Below are positions 28,529 through 41,292 of a stretch of 64,000 nt of DNA, piece by piece (positions within the stretch are counted from its first letter, which is position 1; the number at the start of each line of letters is the position of its first letter). The notes below the pieces were generated by a model. The model made no database searches. It was not told the origin of the DNA and saw only the letters and a list, made by a program, of their open reading frames with translations. Origin of the DNA: Paraspadella gotoi. Its lineage: Eukaryota > Animalia > Chaetognatha. The translations under genes and the position numbers were made by a program. The stretch lies in NCBI GenBank assembly GCA_051294375.1, contig CM119264.1, forward strand, positions 21,547,582 through 21,611,581. The letters are read 5' to 3'.

Positions 28529-28772
28529 CCCGCTCCTACTTCGCTTGCTCTCCTCTCCTCATCCTCAGGAGCAAGTCCTCCTTCTCTCCTCCCGCTCCTA
28601 CTTCGCTTGCTCTCCTCTCCTCATCCTCAGGAGCAAGCTCCTTCTCTCCTCCCGCCCCTACTTCGCTTGCTCTCTCTCCTCATCCTCAGGAGCAAATCCT
28701 CCTTCTCTCCTCCCGCTCCTACTTCGCTTGCTCTCCTCTCCTCATCCTCAGGAGCAAGTCCTCCTTCTCCTG
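28529..28772. repeat. ~62-bp pyrimidine-rich tandem repeat x4 (also at ~31459-31700)
   Basis: cccgctcctacttcgcttgctctcctctcctcatcctcaggagcaagtcctccttctctcct recurs four times per copy. Confidence 0.9.
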
Positions 28773-29793
28773 GTCTTTTGCATTGTCCCTTGCTCCTCCT
28801 ACGTTCGATCGTTTTGTGAGCGAGCGTTTGCTGTTTGTTTGTTGTCGTTGTTGTCGTCGATGATATGAATATACTTAATAATAATCAACAGGTTTTCCCT
28901 TTAAAATCTATTTTAAAAAATTTCAGCATGGGGGGAAAAAAATTTAACAATATTAGTTACCATAGTAAATAGGTTAGGTTTTACATAAAAATATTTTTAT
29001 TATAACAAATTATTTTTAAAATAGATAACTTCACAATCAGCATTAAAAATTGTTAAATTGTTAAAAACTGTAAAATCTTGGAGGAAAAAATGAAGAAAAG
29101 TGACTCTGCGCTTGAGAGCCACTGTGATTATACTATTAGGAAATTTGAACATTTTTTTAAGTCAACATAAACGTCAAGTAGTTTCTAACTAATAAATGTT
29201 TAAAAATAATATACAGTGAAAGAATTACGAGTTTAATCAAGTCTTTTTTGTATCGGTCCAGATTGAAGATAGAGAGAGAAATTGTTTTTATTAGTAACAC
29301 TTTATATCCTTTTTGTGTGTGGAAGTACACTTTCACCGTGTAGAAAATAAAAATATGACATCTGTAATCAATTCCACTTGTCTGGGCTCATGATGCCTAG
29401 TGGGGTTGAGATGGACTTCTGTAGCATCTCTAGCTACAAGACTCTGACTGAGGCTGTCCCGAGATGAATAAAAAGTGTGAATAAGTTTTTGTCTTTTATT
29501 TCTATTTACAACAATTTGTACATCAAAATTTTTGAGTGGAGAGGAACTGATATCTCTCTCTTTTCTGCTTTCCTTTTTATACTTTTCTTAGACCACCCTT
29601 AAGATATTGCGCAACCGGATCTTTGGATTTCACTGGGATTGTGAAATCAAGACCCAAAAATTCCTTTGAAAGTACTTTTACTTCAAGGATGTAACTCTCC
29701 TTAAAAATGACATATTTTTTATGCCAGTTGTTAACATAGGAATAACACCTGGGATATATAATTTCTTTATTACCAGAATGGTCAGAAAAGGGT

Positions 29794-31044
29794 TTAAAAT
29801 TTATGCATAATAAAATAACTTAAAAGGGTAAAATGTTTAATTGTATCTAATAAAACCAGTTTTATTAGGATAATTTTTTCTAATTAGCACCTCAATAGTC
29901 TTTCCCGCGGTCGTTATCGGCCCCATTTGCTAGACTCAAGAATTCGGCAAACGCGGGATGAGTGTCATCGTTAGCTTTAAAATTAAAAACCCAACTTTAA
30001 ACTTCCCGTAAGTTCCCCATTGGGAAAAATTCTGAGCAGATCGCCGCGTAAGCCTCATTTTCGAGTCTAACATTTCCTAATTCATAAGGACGAGCCCATT
30101 CTCCCAGATCGGGGACTGAGCAGAGAGAATCCATTTTATCTTGGCGAATGCACAAATTCCTACTCGCGGATAACAAGTCAATCTCACTCGCACTCCGGCC
30201 AGGTGGCGGACAAAGACGTACCACTCGGTTACGTGTAAAGTGTCCTAAGTCAATGTCTGAACGATCAATGTTTTTACCAAGATCGCGTTGTGAGTAAAAA
30301 TCATTGATCATAGCCTCAAAAAATGGTCACGTTTGCATAAATTGATTTTACACTTTTGACAGTACTTAACAAAAACATAATTTTTTAAACCAAAAATCCA
30401 AAAGTTTCCTGCATCATCTCTCTTTGAAGCTATATCACCAACTTTGGAACGTAAAAAATTATTAATTTCCGCGTCTTGTGAATAAAACTTTACAAATTTA
30501 AACCCAGAGGTAGAGAAATCATCAGCAAATCCGTAACCGCCGGCGGGAATCTTAGAGCAAGATCTTCCTAAAAAACTTATAAGCGATAGAATTCATTGTT
30601 ATGTGTTTTAAACATGTCATTACCCACTTTAAGCTCCACGCCTTTGCTTACTTTTACTAATCTGGTAGTAGATGTTGATGAATCCGACTTATTGAAAAGT
30701 CTATTTAACCACAAGCGCGCTGTCGATTGGTTTCCACTGGCACGCCTTCCCTCCGCACAGGTCGCTTCGACGATGGACGGTAACGATTGAATTCTCCCCG
30801 CCGCGGTCAGACCCGTGTCGCAGATGCCTTCAACCGTTGCACCGTCTTTGCCACTGACCTTGACGCCGCTTCCGTCATGAACGACGCCTCTTGATAGTCC
30901 ATCCGCGCTGCGAGTGACTTTGAGCGGCGCTGTCGCACCGCATGCTCGCCCGATGGCGCCGTTCGACGCCACCGAACTCTCCCTTGAAGCAATGGAGCCA
31001 TCGCTTTCCACCTTATCGACGGCGTTCCAGTCTCCCAAAGGCAT
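29794..31044 (-). pseudogene. Frameshifted copy of the 32732-33982 orphan ORF
   Basis: ORF pieces 30577-31044 and 29997-30311 match the 416-aa ORF; breaks may be sequencing errors. Confidence 0.8.
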
Positions 31045-31311
31045 GGTTTCGATTTTTTTGCTTTCTACGTCGCGAGAGAAAAAATCTCTTTTGTCTTTAA
31101 TCGATCGGCGCGAAGCGATGCGAGAAAAAAGATTTTTCGTAGCGTTATTGGAAAAGTTCGCAAAGTGATCGCGTAAGTTCTGTAGTCGGGCATAGCAAAG
31201 TTCACCCCGCCTCTAAGCATGAATCCTTCAGTCGTGACCCGCGTGGCTTCATTGAGTAAGGCCATCAGCTCATGACCACCAGTACGGGTTCAATCCCAAT
31301 CTCCTCTCTCG

Positions 31312-34232
31312 AAGAATATCAATGTTTACTAAAGCAATGTTTATTTTAATTCTAAACAGATGATTTGAACGAGACAAAAGGAAAGGATTTTTATTTCAAG
31401 TTTTCAAGTCCAAACGCTCCTTAGATCGCGTACAGTTCGAATGCCTGCCGGCAGCGATCCCGCTCCTACTTCGCTTGCTCTCCTCTCCTCATCCTCAGGA
31501 GCAAGTCCTCCTTCTCTCCTCCCGCTCCTACTTCGCTTGCTCTCCTCTCCTCATCCTCAGGAGCAAGTCCTCCTCCTCCCGCCCCTACTTCGCTTGCTCT
31601 CTCTCCTCATCCTCAGGAGCAAAGTCCTCCTTCTCTCCTCCCGCTCCTACTTCGCTTGCTCTCCTCTCCTCATCCTCAGGAGCAAGTCCTCCTTCTCCTG
31701 GTCTTTTGCATTGTCCCTTGCTCCTCCTACGTTCGATCGGGTTTTGTGAGCGAGCGTTTGCTGTTTGTTGTTGTCGTTGTTGTCGTCGATGATATGAATA
31801 ATACTTAATAATAATCAACAGGTTTTCCCTTTAAAATCTATTTTTAAAAAATTTCAGCATGGGGGGAAAAAATTTTAACAATATTAGTTACCATAGTAAA
31901 TAGGTTAGGTTTTACATAAAAATATTTTTTTATTATAACAAATTATTTTTAAAATAGATAACTTCACAATCAGCATTAAAAATTGTTAAATTGTTAAAAA
32001 CTGTAAAATCTTGGAGGAAAAAATGAAGAAAAGTGACTCTGCGCTTGAGAGCCACTGTGATTATACTATTAGGAAATTTGAACATTTTTTTAAGTCAACA
32101 TAAACGTCAAGTAGTTTTCTAACTAATAAATGTTTTAAAAATAATATACAGTGAAAGAATTACGAGTTTAATCAAGTCTTTTTGTATCGGTCCAGATTGA
32201 AGATAGAGAGAGAAATTGTTTTTATTAGTAACACTTTATATCCTTTTTGTGTGTGGAAGTACACTTTCACCGTGTAGAAAATAAAAATATGACATCTGTA
32301 ATCAATTCCACTTGTCTGGGCTCATGATGCCTAGTGGGGTTGAGATGGACTTCTGTAGCATCTCTAGCTACAAGACTCTGACTGAGGCTGTCCCGAGATG
32401 AATAAAAAGTGTGAATAAGTTTTTGTCTTTTATTTCTATTTACAACAATTTGTACATCAAAATTTTTGAGTGGAGAGGAACTGATATCTCTCTCTTTTCT
32501 GCTTTCCTTTTTATACTTTTCTTAGACCACCCTTAAGATATTGCGCAACCGGATCTTTGGATTTCACTGGGATTGTGAAATCAAGAACCCAAAAATTCCT
32601 TGGAAAGTACTTTTACTTCAAGGGATGTAACTCTCCTTAAAAATGACATATTTTTTATGCCAGTTGTTAACATAGGAATAACACCTGGGATATATAATTT
32701 TTCTTTATTACCAGAATGGTCAGAAAAGGGTTTAAAATTTATGCATAATAAAATAACTTAAAAGGGTAAAATGTTTAATTGTATCTAATAAACCAGTTTT
32801 ATTAGGATAATTTTTTCTAATTAGCACCTCAATAGTCTTTCCCGGGTCGTTATCGGCCCCATTTGCTAGACTCAAGAATTCGGCAAACGCGGGATGAGTG
32901 TCATCGTTAGCTTTAAAATTAAAACCCAACTTTAAACTTCCCGTAAGTTCCCCATTGGGAAAAAATTCTGAGCAGATCGCCGCGTAAGCCTCATTTTCGA
33001 GTCTAACATTTCCTAATTCATAAGGACGAGCCCATTCTCCCAGATCGGGGACTGAGCAGAGAGAATCCATTTTATCTTGGCGAATGCACAAATTCCTACT
33101 CGCGGATAACAAGTCAATCTCACTCGCACTCCGGCCAGGTGGCGGACAAAGACGTACCACTCGGTTACGTGTAAAGTGTCCTAAGTCAATGTCTGAACGA
33201 TCAATGTTTTTACCAAGATCGCGTTGTGAGTAAAAATCATTGATCATAGCCTCAAAAAGATGGTCACGTTTGCATAAATTGATTTTACACTTTTGACAGT
33301 ACTTAACAAAAACATAATTTTTTAAACCAAAAATCCAAAAGTTTCCTGCATCATCTCTCTTTGAAGCTATATCACCAACTTTGGAACGTAAAAAATTATT
33401 AATTTCCGCGTCTTGTGAATAAAACTTTACAAATTTAAACCCAGAGGTAGAGAAATCATCAGCAAATCCGTAACCGCCGGCGGGAATCTTAGAGCAAGAT
33501 CTTCCTAAAAAACTTATAAGCTGATAGAATTCATTGTTATGTGTTTTAAACATGTCATTACCCACTTTAAGCTCCACGCCTTTGCTTACTTTTACTAATC
33601 TGGTAGTAGATGTTGATGAATCCGACTTATTGAAAAGTCTATTTAACCACAAGCGCGCTGTCGATTGGTTTCCACTGGCACGCCTTCCCTCCGCACAGGT
33701 CGCTTCGACGATGGACGGTAACGATTGAATTCTCCCCGCCGCGGTCAGACCCGTGTCGCAGATGCCTTCAACCGTTGCACCGTCTTTGCCACTGACCTTG
33801 ACGCCGCTTCCGTCATGAACGACGCCTCTTGATAGCTCATCCGCGCTGCGAGTGACTTTGAGCGGCGCTGTCGCACCGCATGCTCGCCCGATGGCGCCGT
33901 CCGACGCCACCGAACTCTCCCTTGAAGCAATGGAGCCATCGCTTTCCACCTTATCGACGGCGTTCCAGTCTCCCAAAGGCATGGTTTCGATTTTTTTGCT
34001 TTCTACGTCGCGAGAGAAAAATCTCTTTTGTCTTTAATCGATCGGCGCGAAGATGCGAGAAAAAAGATTTTCGTAGCGTTATTGGAAAAGTTCGCAAGTG
34101 ATCGCGTAAGTTCTGTAGTCGGGCATAGCAAAGTTCACCCCGCCTCTAAGCATGAATCCTTCAGTCGTGACCCGGTGGCTCATTGAGTAAGGCCATCAGC
34201 TCATGACCACCAGGTACCGGGTTCAATCCCAA
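31312..34232. repeat. Copy 2 of the ~2.93-kb tandem duplication
   Basis: See copy 1; separated from it by a 12-nt filler tctcctctctcg. Confidence 0.95.
32732..33982 (-). CDS. Intronless 416-aa orphan ORF, probably element-encoded; may extend at both ends across frameshifts
   Basis: Longest non-repetitive ORF in the window; a diverged homolog at 35840-36420 conserves peptides (LPSIVEATC, VSKG); C-x2-C-x4-C-x3-H motif; lies downstream of a PBS-like site. Confidence 0.65.
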   Translation of the reverse strand: MPLGDWNAVDKVESDGSIASRESSVASDGAIGRACGATAPLKVTRSADELSRGVVHDGSGVKVSGKDGATVEGICDTGLTAAGRIQSLPSIVEATCAEGRRASGNQSTARLWLNRLFNKSDSSTSTTRLVKVSKGVELKVGNDMFKTHNNEFYQLISFLGRSCSKIPAGGYGFADDFSTSGFKFVKFYSQDAEINNFLRSKVGDIASKRDDAGNFWIFGLKNYVFVKYCQKCKINLCKRDHLFEAMINDFYSQRDLGKNIDRSDIDLGHFTRNRVVRLCPPPGRSASEIDLLSASRNLCIRQDKMDSLCSVPDLGEWARPYELGNVRLENEAYAAICSEFFPNGELTGSLKLGFNFKANDDTHPAFAEFLSLANGADNDPGKTIEVLIRKNYPNKTGLLDTIKHFTLLSYFIMHKF

Positions 34233-34622
34233 CCCGGTACCTATTCTGCGGGAAGTGTGAGGACGGCCGTAAGCCGCCTTGGGGGCGTGGAAAACCCTCA
34301 AGCCTGGTTCCAAGCCCAGGACCCGTTCCATAGCTGCTAGAGGGGGTTAAAGAAGTTACGGATAGTCATCTTCAGCCCACTTAGCGCCTTATCCACAGTT
34401 CGTTTAATTTTTGATCGATTTTAGTTTTAAAATTGTTTCTTCGAAATTGGCAAAGCCAAGATGATTTTTAGCTTTACCTCTCGCGAAGGTGCGCGCTTGA
34501 AATGACTTTGAGCAGCGAACCTTTTAGTTTAGAGAAAGAAAGGGAACGATTAAATCAACACACCGCCCCCCTCAATTTACAAAAATACAACTATTTTAAA
34601 TTGATAAACAAACAAGCCATAA

Positions 34623-35084
34623 GCTGCCACCAGATAGTTAATAGCTCGTCTCATAGCTAGTTTGAGGTTATTTTGCTAGTTGCCTAAGCTAAGGCGCATG
34701 GATATATTGTTTACCTTTTAATACCTTTGTAAAGAGATAATAAGGCGTTTTGTGTGAAGACTTGAAACGTTGAGAAGCAAGAGGTGAGTTTGAGGTGCGA
34801 GAGAGGAGTGAGGAAAGATCCCTGAGAGGCCCCTTTTATATTCTCCCAAGACCGCATGTGGAGGCTAACAACTCCTCCAGCTGCATTGTATATCCTTCCG
34901 AAGGAGTTCGTCGATCCATCGGCATGATACTCAGTTGTATTTGTGATAGCAATCGTGACTGCTGAAGGGAGTCCCGGTTGCTTTAAGGAAAACTGTTTCT
35001 CCAACGGGTATGTGTTTTCTTGCCACAGTTTATTGAGTTCTTTGCCATATTCCTTTGTCCTTTGGAAAGAGTGATCTATAAACT
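34623..35084 (-). mobile_element. Second LTR-like sequence (AGTT...TAACT termini, 35084-34636) with PBS TGGTGGCAGC (34632-34623)
   Basis: On the minus strand: TATAAAAGGGG (34840-34830), later ATTAAA, end TTAACT, 3-nt spacer, then TGGTGGCAGC (Leu-tRNA-like PBS); diverged partial copy at 36420-36560; partner LTR not seen; outer boundary uncertain. Confidence 0.55.
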
Positions 35085-35839
35085 GATACGATTCATCGCC
35101 TCAAAACTTTTTTCTCAAACTCCCGATGTGAGGAAAGATTTAGTCGAATTAGTCCGGTTTTTCCTCGTTCTCTCAGGAGAGATTCGGATTTTTAGATGAA
35201 CCCCCAGCTTTGTGGATTTTCTCTCTACCTCGGAAAACACAATTCGGTCAAATTAGTCCGTTTTTTCTGGGGTAAGCTTTCAAGGAAAACAGAGTCCAGT
35301 CAGCTGGTGAATAAAGAAAAAAAAAAACCTGATTGTGGTTGAAGCAGAAAAAAACTTTCTTCAACCGCTTCGTTTCGAGTTAATCATCGCTTGGGTCGTT
35401 TGTTGTACTATTCAAAATATTTCATTAATTAATTCATTGGTTTTAAATGTACTTTTAAAGAGTGAATTACGCATTTTTGATGTTTTCTTTGTTTGATCAC
35501 GAGGGAAAAGATGATGATTGTTAGAATAATGCAACCGGAGAAACCCGAAACAGCTAATGCATTAGAAATTTGAGTGTTTTAGTGTGAATGTTGAGTTTTC
35601 GTGTTTCATTGTTTGGGGGGTAAATTGATGTGTGAACGTGTGAAGTTGGAGTGAATTTAGTGTTTACGGGGTTTTGGGTTGTATGGGAGATTAATTGGCT
35701 GGTTATTGGTGCGGTTGGGAAAGGTAATTTAGTTGTTTTTAGAGTTGTGTTTTTATTTGAATAGGGAACGGTCGAGAGCGGGATGGTCATCTTTACAGGG
35801 TGTGGCTCGGGTTCTACTTTCGTTGGGAAAAGAGACTGT

Positions 35840-36560
35840 TCGGTAGTGCCTTCAGATCTGGAGGTTTTGAGAGGCAAAAGTCTGATGATAAGGTCCATGC
35901 CCTTGCTTACTTGCACAATTCTGTGTGTAGACGATTGTTGCATATATGACTACAAGAGAGTTTCTGACTGTGCCTTGTCCCAATTCAATAAGAGAGAAAA
36001 TAGTTTCAAAGCCTTTATTTCACAATTTATTTACAACAGATACAAAAAGAAAATTTGTATGTGGAGAGGATCTGATCTCTCAGATTTTGTCTCTTCTTTT
36101 ATACTCCCGTCGACACCTTTCCTAAGGATTGCGCAATGCCGGCTTCTTGATTTCATTTGGATTGTGAAATCGCGAAGCCGGCCTTCCCTGGAAGATTTTC
36201 CCCCTCGACCATTCTTTTACTTAGGATGCTACACGATGATAGATCTGTCCTCTTAAAGAACTTGTCAAACCACGAGCGCGTGGTTGACCGACAACCTCTG
36301 GCACGCCCTCTGTCCTCGCAGGTTGCCTCGACTATGGATGGCAATGACTACACTTTTCCCGCCGCTGTCAGACCCGCGCCGTAGAGATGGCCTCCTACCA
36401 TTGCACCGTCTTCGTCGCCGGTTATTTTGCTAGTTGCCTAAGCTAAGGCGGATGGATATATGTTTACCTTTTAGTATTTTGGTAAAGAGAGATCAAGGCC
36501 TTTGTGTGGAGACTTTCTCGTTGAGAAGCAAGAGGTAGGAGAGGTGAGTTTGAGATCGAA
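35840..36560 (-). pseudogene. Rearranged, diverged fragments of the orphan-ORF element and its LTR-like sequence
   Basis: SLPSIVEATCEDRGRARGCRSTTRSWFDKFFK and SSTHRIVQVSKGMDL match the 416-aa ORF; ~35960-36170 resembles ~32380-32585; 36420-36560 resembles 34665-34800. Confidence 0.75.
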
Positions 36561-36699
36561 CTGTCTTGTCCCATTTATCCATAACGAGTTCCACGTTAAC
36601 GATACTCTACTCCGTCGGGGCGGCTGCCTCGCCTGTCCCCTCTCCCTTTCCGGATCCTGGCGATGCGGCTGCCTATGCGTTTGGCGCCCCGCCAATCGA

Positions 36700-37268
36700 T
36701 TTATGTTTTTTTGGTTTTCGAGTAAAAATATCCAAAAACTTTTCGTCCCCAATCATAAATCATCTTTTAATGTCAGAAAGGCAAAAAAATATATACTATT
36801 TGTTACAAGAAAAATTTCCGTCACATTTCAACACATCCTATTATCGGGAAAAGAAAAGAAAAAATCTTATATCACCCTATTATCAACTCGGACAAAAATA
36901 AATATTCGCGCGTACAGATAACTTCGGGGCTGTCCGTTAAGCGAACAACGCTGGCCACCATGTCGGTAACGTGACCTGTGGCCCTCAATAGATGTCAGAT
37001 AGAGAGCTGGATTATGCATAATCTGTCTAATCAGTTTTCGAAGTTACCTGAAATAATTGTTGATTGCAAGAGTTGCATTAATTAACGAAACAGTTGATGA
37101 AATTTTACTTCTTACTCGCGCGCAAAGTCGTCATGGTGTAACCACGCCCATACGGACGACGACGATGCTCGCCCACTAAAGTCCGTGATTTGTATGGCGA
37201 CAATCGCACTAAAGAAATAATTAGTGCAAGCAACAAAAGGAGACAGTATTAACTAATTAAAGTTTACA
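36700..37268 (-). mobile_element. Truncated relative of the 5254-14966 element: LTR (37268-36961), PBS (36960-36949) and leader
   Basis: 36961-~37117 matches the 3' half of the LTR; 36700-36948 matches leader 5637-5850 joined to 8831-8860; the remainder up to TGTAAAC at 37268 is unrelated to the other LTRs. Confidence 0.85.
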
Positions 37269-38209
37269 TTAATGCCCTTTGAACTCGCTGAAATCCCGCG
37301 CATCTAAGGAGCGTCTCAGCAGGTCGTGGTATGGAGGTACCACGCGGAGAGGGATGGAGCATTCTTGCAAATAGATATAGGAAGTTCCTCACGGGCAAAG
37401 GAGACCAATCCGCCCCTGAAATGGCGGCAAAGGATGCGGCAGTCGATTCGCTGCATCTCTGCCAGAGTAAGAAACTTTTCTAGGTAGAGTAAGATTTCTG
37501 TAATATCATCGGAGGAACCGATGACCACCGGGTCTTGGGAAAGACAGAAATTAAACAACAGTTGGATTTGAATAGGTCGTCTTTTTGTTGCTTGTACAAT
37601 GCTGAAGTTCATTCCGAGAATGTTTGAGAGGGTTGAAGGCAAACCTCGAATCGAGCCAATCCGTTCGGGGCTATGGGGGCTTTTTTGCCTGTTTCTTTTC
37701 ATCTCTTTTCAATTATTCATTTATTTATTCATTAATTCATTTATTTACAGTTGTCAATAGGTTTTTAAAATTTTTTTAGTGATACATATGACAAGGTTTG
37801 AAATCTTTTATCATGATATACATTTCATGAGCCTTTCATCATGAATTATCCAAAAAATTCATCAGCATATTCATCATCCTCCTATATTTTTAAAACAAGT
37901 GTTTTTAGAGAAAATGAAAATAATAATAGTAATTAATGATTATGCTTTTTTCTTTTCATATTAGATGTAAATTAAAGATTAATTAATTAATTAATTAATT
38001 AATATATAGTTGATGAAAAGTGTTGGGTTTCGCCAAGATTCGTCCATCTTCGACTCACCCAGTACATCCTTCTGCACAGCGAAGTAGGATACTCGTCCTC
38101 GAGCCCTTTCTGCAGATTCGCCGCCGTCCGCGAGAAGAGGACTTCCTGAAAAAGGAGGATGTCCGGAGGGCGGAGCCCGAACCGCCCGTCCACTTCCTTC
38201 AAGGCGGGT

Positions 38210-38409
38210 ATTAATTAATTTATTGATTGATTGATTAATCTTTAATTTACATTTTATATAAAAAAGCAGAAATTTTTTTGCATAATTTATAATAATCCGA
38301 TGTTCTAACATGATCTAAGTTACTTACCGACAAGATTTTGGGGGGACCGACGGACCGACAAAGTGAATCGTAGAGCCGGGATCTGCTGTAAGCAGATCCG
38401 GCTAAAAAA
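38210..38409 (-). mobile_element. HINE-like element 5' end (same family as 5851-8830)
   Basis: Minus strand ttttttAGCCGGATCTGCTtacAGCAGATCCCGGCT hairpin followed by the conserved tcactttgtcggtccg...agaacatcg block. Confidence 0.8.
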
Positions 38410-39170
38410 CATTTCTCTTCAGGCTAAACTTTGGAAATGAGCCCAATTTATGTCTATGACAAAAATTAAGATTGATGGCGACTCACTAAGTATTGTTTTC
38501 GTATTGTGCAAGGTATTTTCTATTTAAATTATAACAGAGTTTGAAAAGTTTTATATTTCAAAAATACTTACCATGCCACTTTCCACCTTCCTCAAAAGTT
38601 GTTGACTTATACAATATATATGAAGCGGTGTAAAATTAAGGGGAATTTAAAATTGTTACTGAAAAATGTTTTTGTATGTTTGCATAATTGTTATTATGTG
38701 ATGGCCATATTTTTCTTCGCATGTTTAAAAAATTATTTCTATTGTATTAATTTTTAAAAACAAAGATCACAGATGTGTTGTTTTTTTCTTTTTATTTCGT
38801 AACATTCCTCGAGTATTTTTTTTTCCACCTCATCCTAAATTAATAATTAAGTTTTAGTGTGTATCCGAAAAAATGTTTGTCATGTGTCTATACATTTAAT
38901 TGAAATAAAAAAATTAAATCGTCTCTTTATTTTGATAAAACAAGTTGAGAGATCCTCGAATTCTATTTCCTTGTATACAGCGAGGCAGTTTTTCCCAGAT
39001 CCCCGAAATTCTCCACCTTCCAACCCCCCCCACCTTGCCTGGCTTCGTCCAACGACGGTGATTCCGAGCCAGCGCTCGGATTGATTCCGCCTTTGGAGTG
39101 AGTGAGACATGTGGACGCTTTCGTGACGCTAACGAGTACAAATGTCTCTTGTGAAAAGTGGGAGTGACCA

Positions 39171-39273
<103 letters not shown>

Positions 39274-41260
39274 AGGCGTTAAACGCCAATCCGAAGGCAA
39301 ATCCCGTGTTATTCAATACCCTGAACATTGAACGAACTTCCCACCTTTTCTCACAACAACATCCTCTACGGTCTACCTCTTTTTCACCTCTACGTATCCC
39401 TCTCTCATTCTTCACTTCGTACTTACCCTATGTTAACCTCATCCTCTCCTCATTCTCACCACAATCAATTATCACACCGGACCCTGTTCGCACCCTGTTC
39501 GCACTTTTCTCAGTCGACGTTCTTACGATTGCCAGATTTGTTCCCATTGTTTCAAGGCGACGAATGGCGATTGATTTGTCTGAAGTCGTTTTCGTCGTCG
39601 TCAAAGATGTTGTTGTGGTCTTCGTGGTCGTCGTCGTGGTCGTCGTCGTTGCAGTTGTGGATGATTTTGGTTCCTGTCGCCAGTCAACAGTGACAACAAA
39701 ACACTGAATTATTTTCTGTGGTTTTCTTTTTTTCTCTCTACTCTCTCTCTTTTTCTCTCCCTCTCTCTCTCCCTCTCTCTCTCCCCTCCCTCCCTCCCTT
39801 CTTCAAAGAACCTCGTTTCTTTCGTTGGTCACCGTTAATTCGTCTTGTTTACTACATCTAATTTTCCTCCCTCCTTTCCCCCGCCTTCATATAGTCTCAC
39901 ACTCTCATCGACTTAATCACACTCACCACTTTTTTGTTACTTATTTTTTTTCCTCAAATCAAACCCTTTCTCTCCTTTTCTATCTTTTTCCTTTTTCTCC
40001 TTTTCTATCTTTTTCCTTTTTCTCCTTTTCTATCTTTTTCCTTTTTCTCCTATCCTTCTTCCTTGTAACCTCTTCTTTCTCAGTGTCAGTTCACCTCATC
40101 CTCCCCTCACCTTCTCAAACTTATCCTTTCCCTCTCTCCTTGTCTTATTTTATCCTCTCACATTTTAGCGCTTGCCTTTTCTAAATCTTACCTCCTTTCT
40201 TTCTCCTCTCGACTACATTTCCTCCTTCCCTCTACTTATGTTTATAGCCTTTGTTTTCTTTTTCCTTTCAATCCTCTGTTTTCCCTTTTTTTCCTCGTTT
40301 TCTTTTTCATTTCCTTCTCCACCCCGTTACCATCCCTTGCTTCCCCAAGCCTCCTCACCCCTCTTTTATTTTCTCATATTCTTTTTCTATCTTCCATTTC
40401 CCGCCATCCAATTCCATTACGATTCCATCGCTTCCACCTTTGCTTTAATCTCCTTTTCCTTGTCCTCCTTTTCTTATCGCCTTCATTTTCTTTTCCCCTC
40501 ATTTTCCTCCTCTCCTTTACGACTCCCTCCTTCCTCCTCTTCCCCCCCCTTTTTCCCCCACTCCCCATGTCTTGTTTACTGCCGCTACGAGCCTCGGAAA
40601 CTTATTTCCATTTAAGGTTCAGCCGTCGTTCGTCAGACGAAACTGGACCGAAAATGGAAGGTTTTAAGGGACGAAATGGCGCCGGGTACGCCACGCTGGA
40701 CGAGCCAATTCCCTTCCCCGCTCCGCCCCCCCCCTCTCTTCCGCCGCTCTCTACCTTTTTCCTTCCCTCCACTTGTTTTCTTTTCTTTGGCATCTTTATA
40801 TTCATTAAAGAGTGGCCTTTTTATTTGATATCATGTAATATGACAACAAAACAACAAAATAAAAAGCAACAAATATATTATAAAATAGAAAATTTTAATT
40901 TTAAACCTTTAAGTATTCAAACTTATTTTCTTAGCGACTTATTTTAAAGCTTTTATTAGTCCTCAGCCCCGATAAGTAACTCGCACTGACTGGTGGTCAG
41001 TGACCACCTTTGCCTATCAAATTGAGTCTTTGGGACCTTCCTGTCACATTGCCATTTTCGAGCTTTTGTTTTTATTTTCTCAAATCTACGCGACCTCTAT
41101 CGCGAACGTTAGTCGCGACGAGAAACGCCGACGACGATAACGGTCAAACCCGAGGCAAGAATTACAATTTCCCTCTTCACTCTCCCTCTCTCTTTTTGCG
41201 ATTCGCAATCGCGGGCGAGAGGCGATAACCTTTATCGCCGTCACGTGAGGNNNNNNNNNN

Positions 41261-41292
<32 letters not shown>

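Larger units (their letters stand above)
28383..31299. repeat. Copy 1 of a ~2.93-kb tandem duplication
   Basis: Near-identical to 31312-34232; differences are mostly homopolymer indels. Confidence 0.95.

Noticed and set aside
37999-38208. PDILLFQEV resembling an APE/EEP endonuclease motif in a GC-rich island flanked by (TTAA)n
   Set aside because: Single short motif; no other EEP motifs or RT nearby. An HMM search would be needed.
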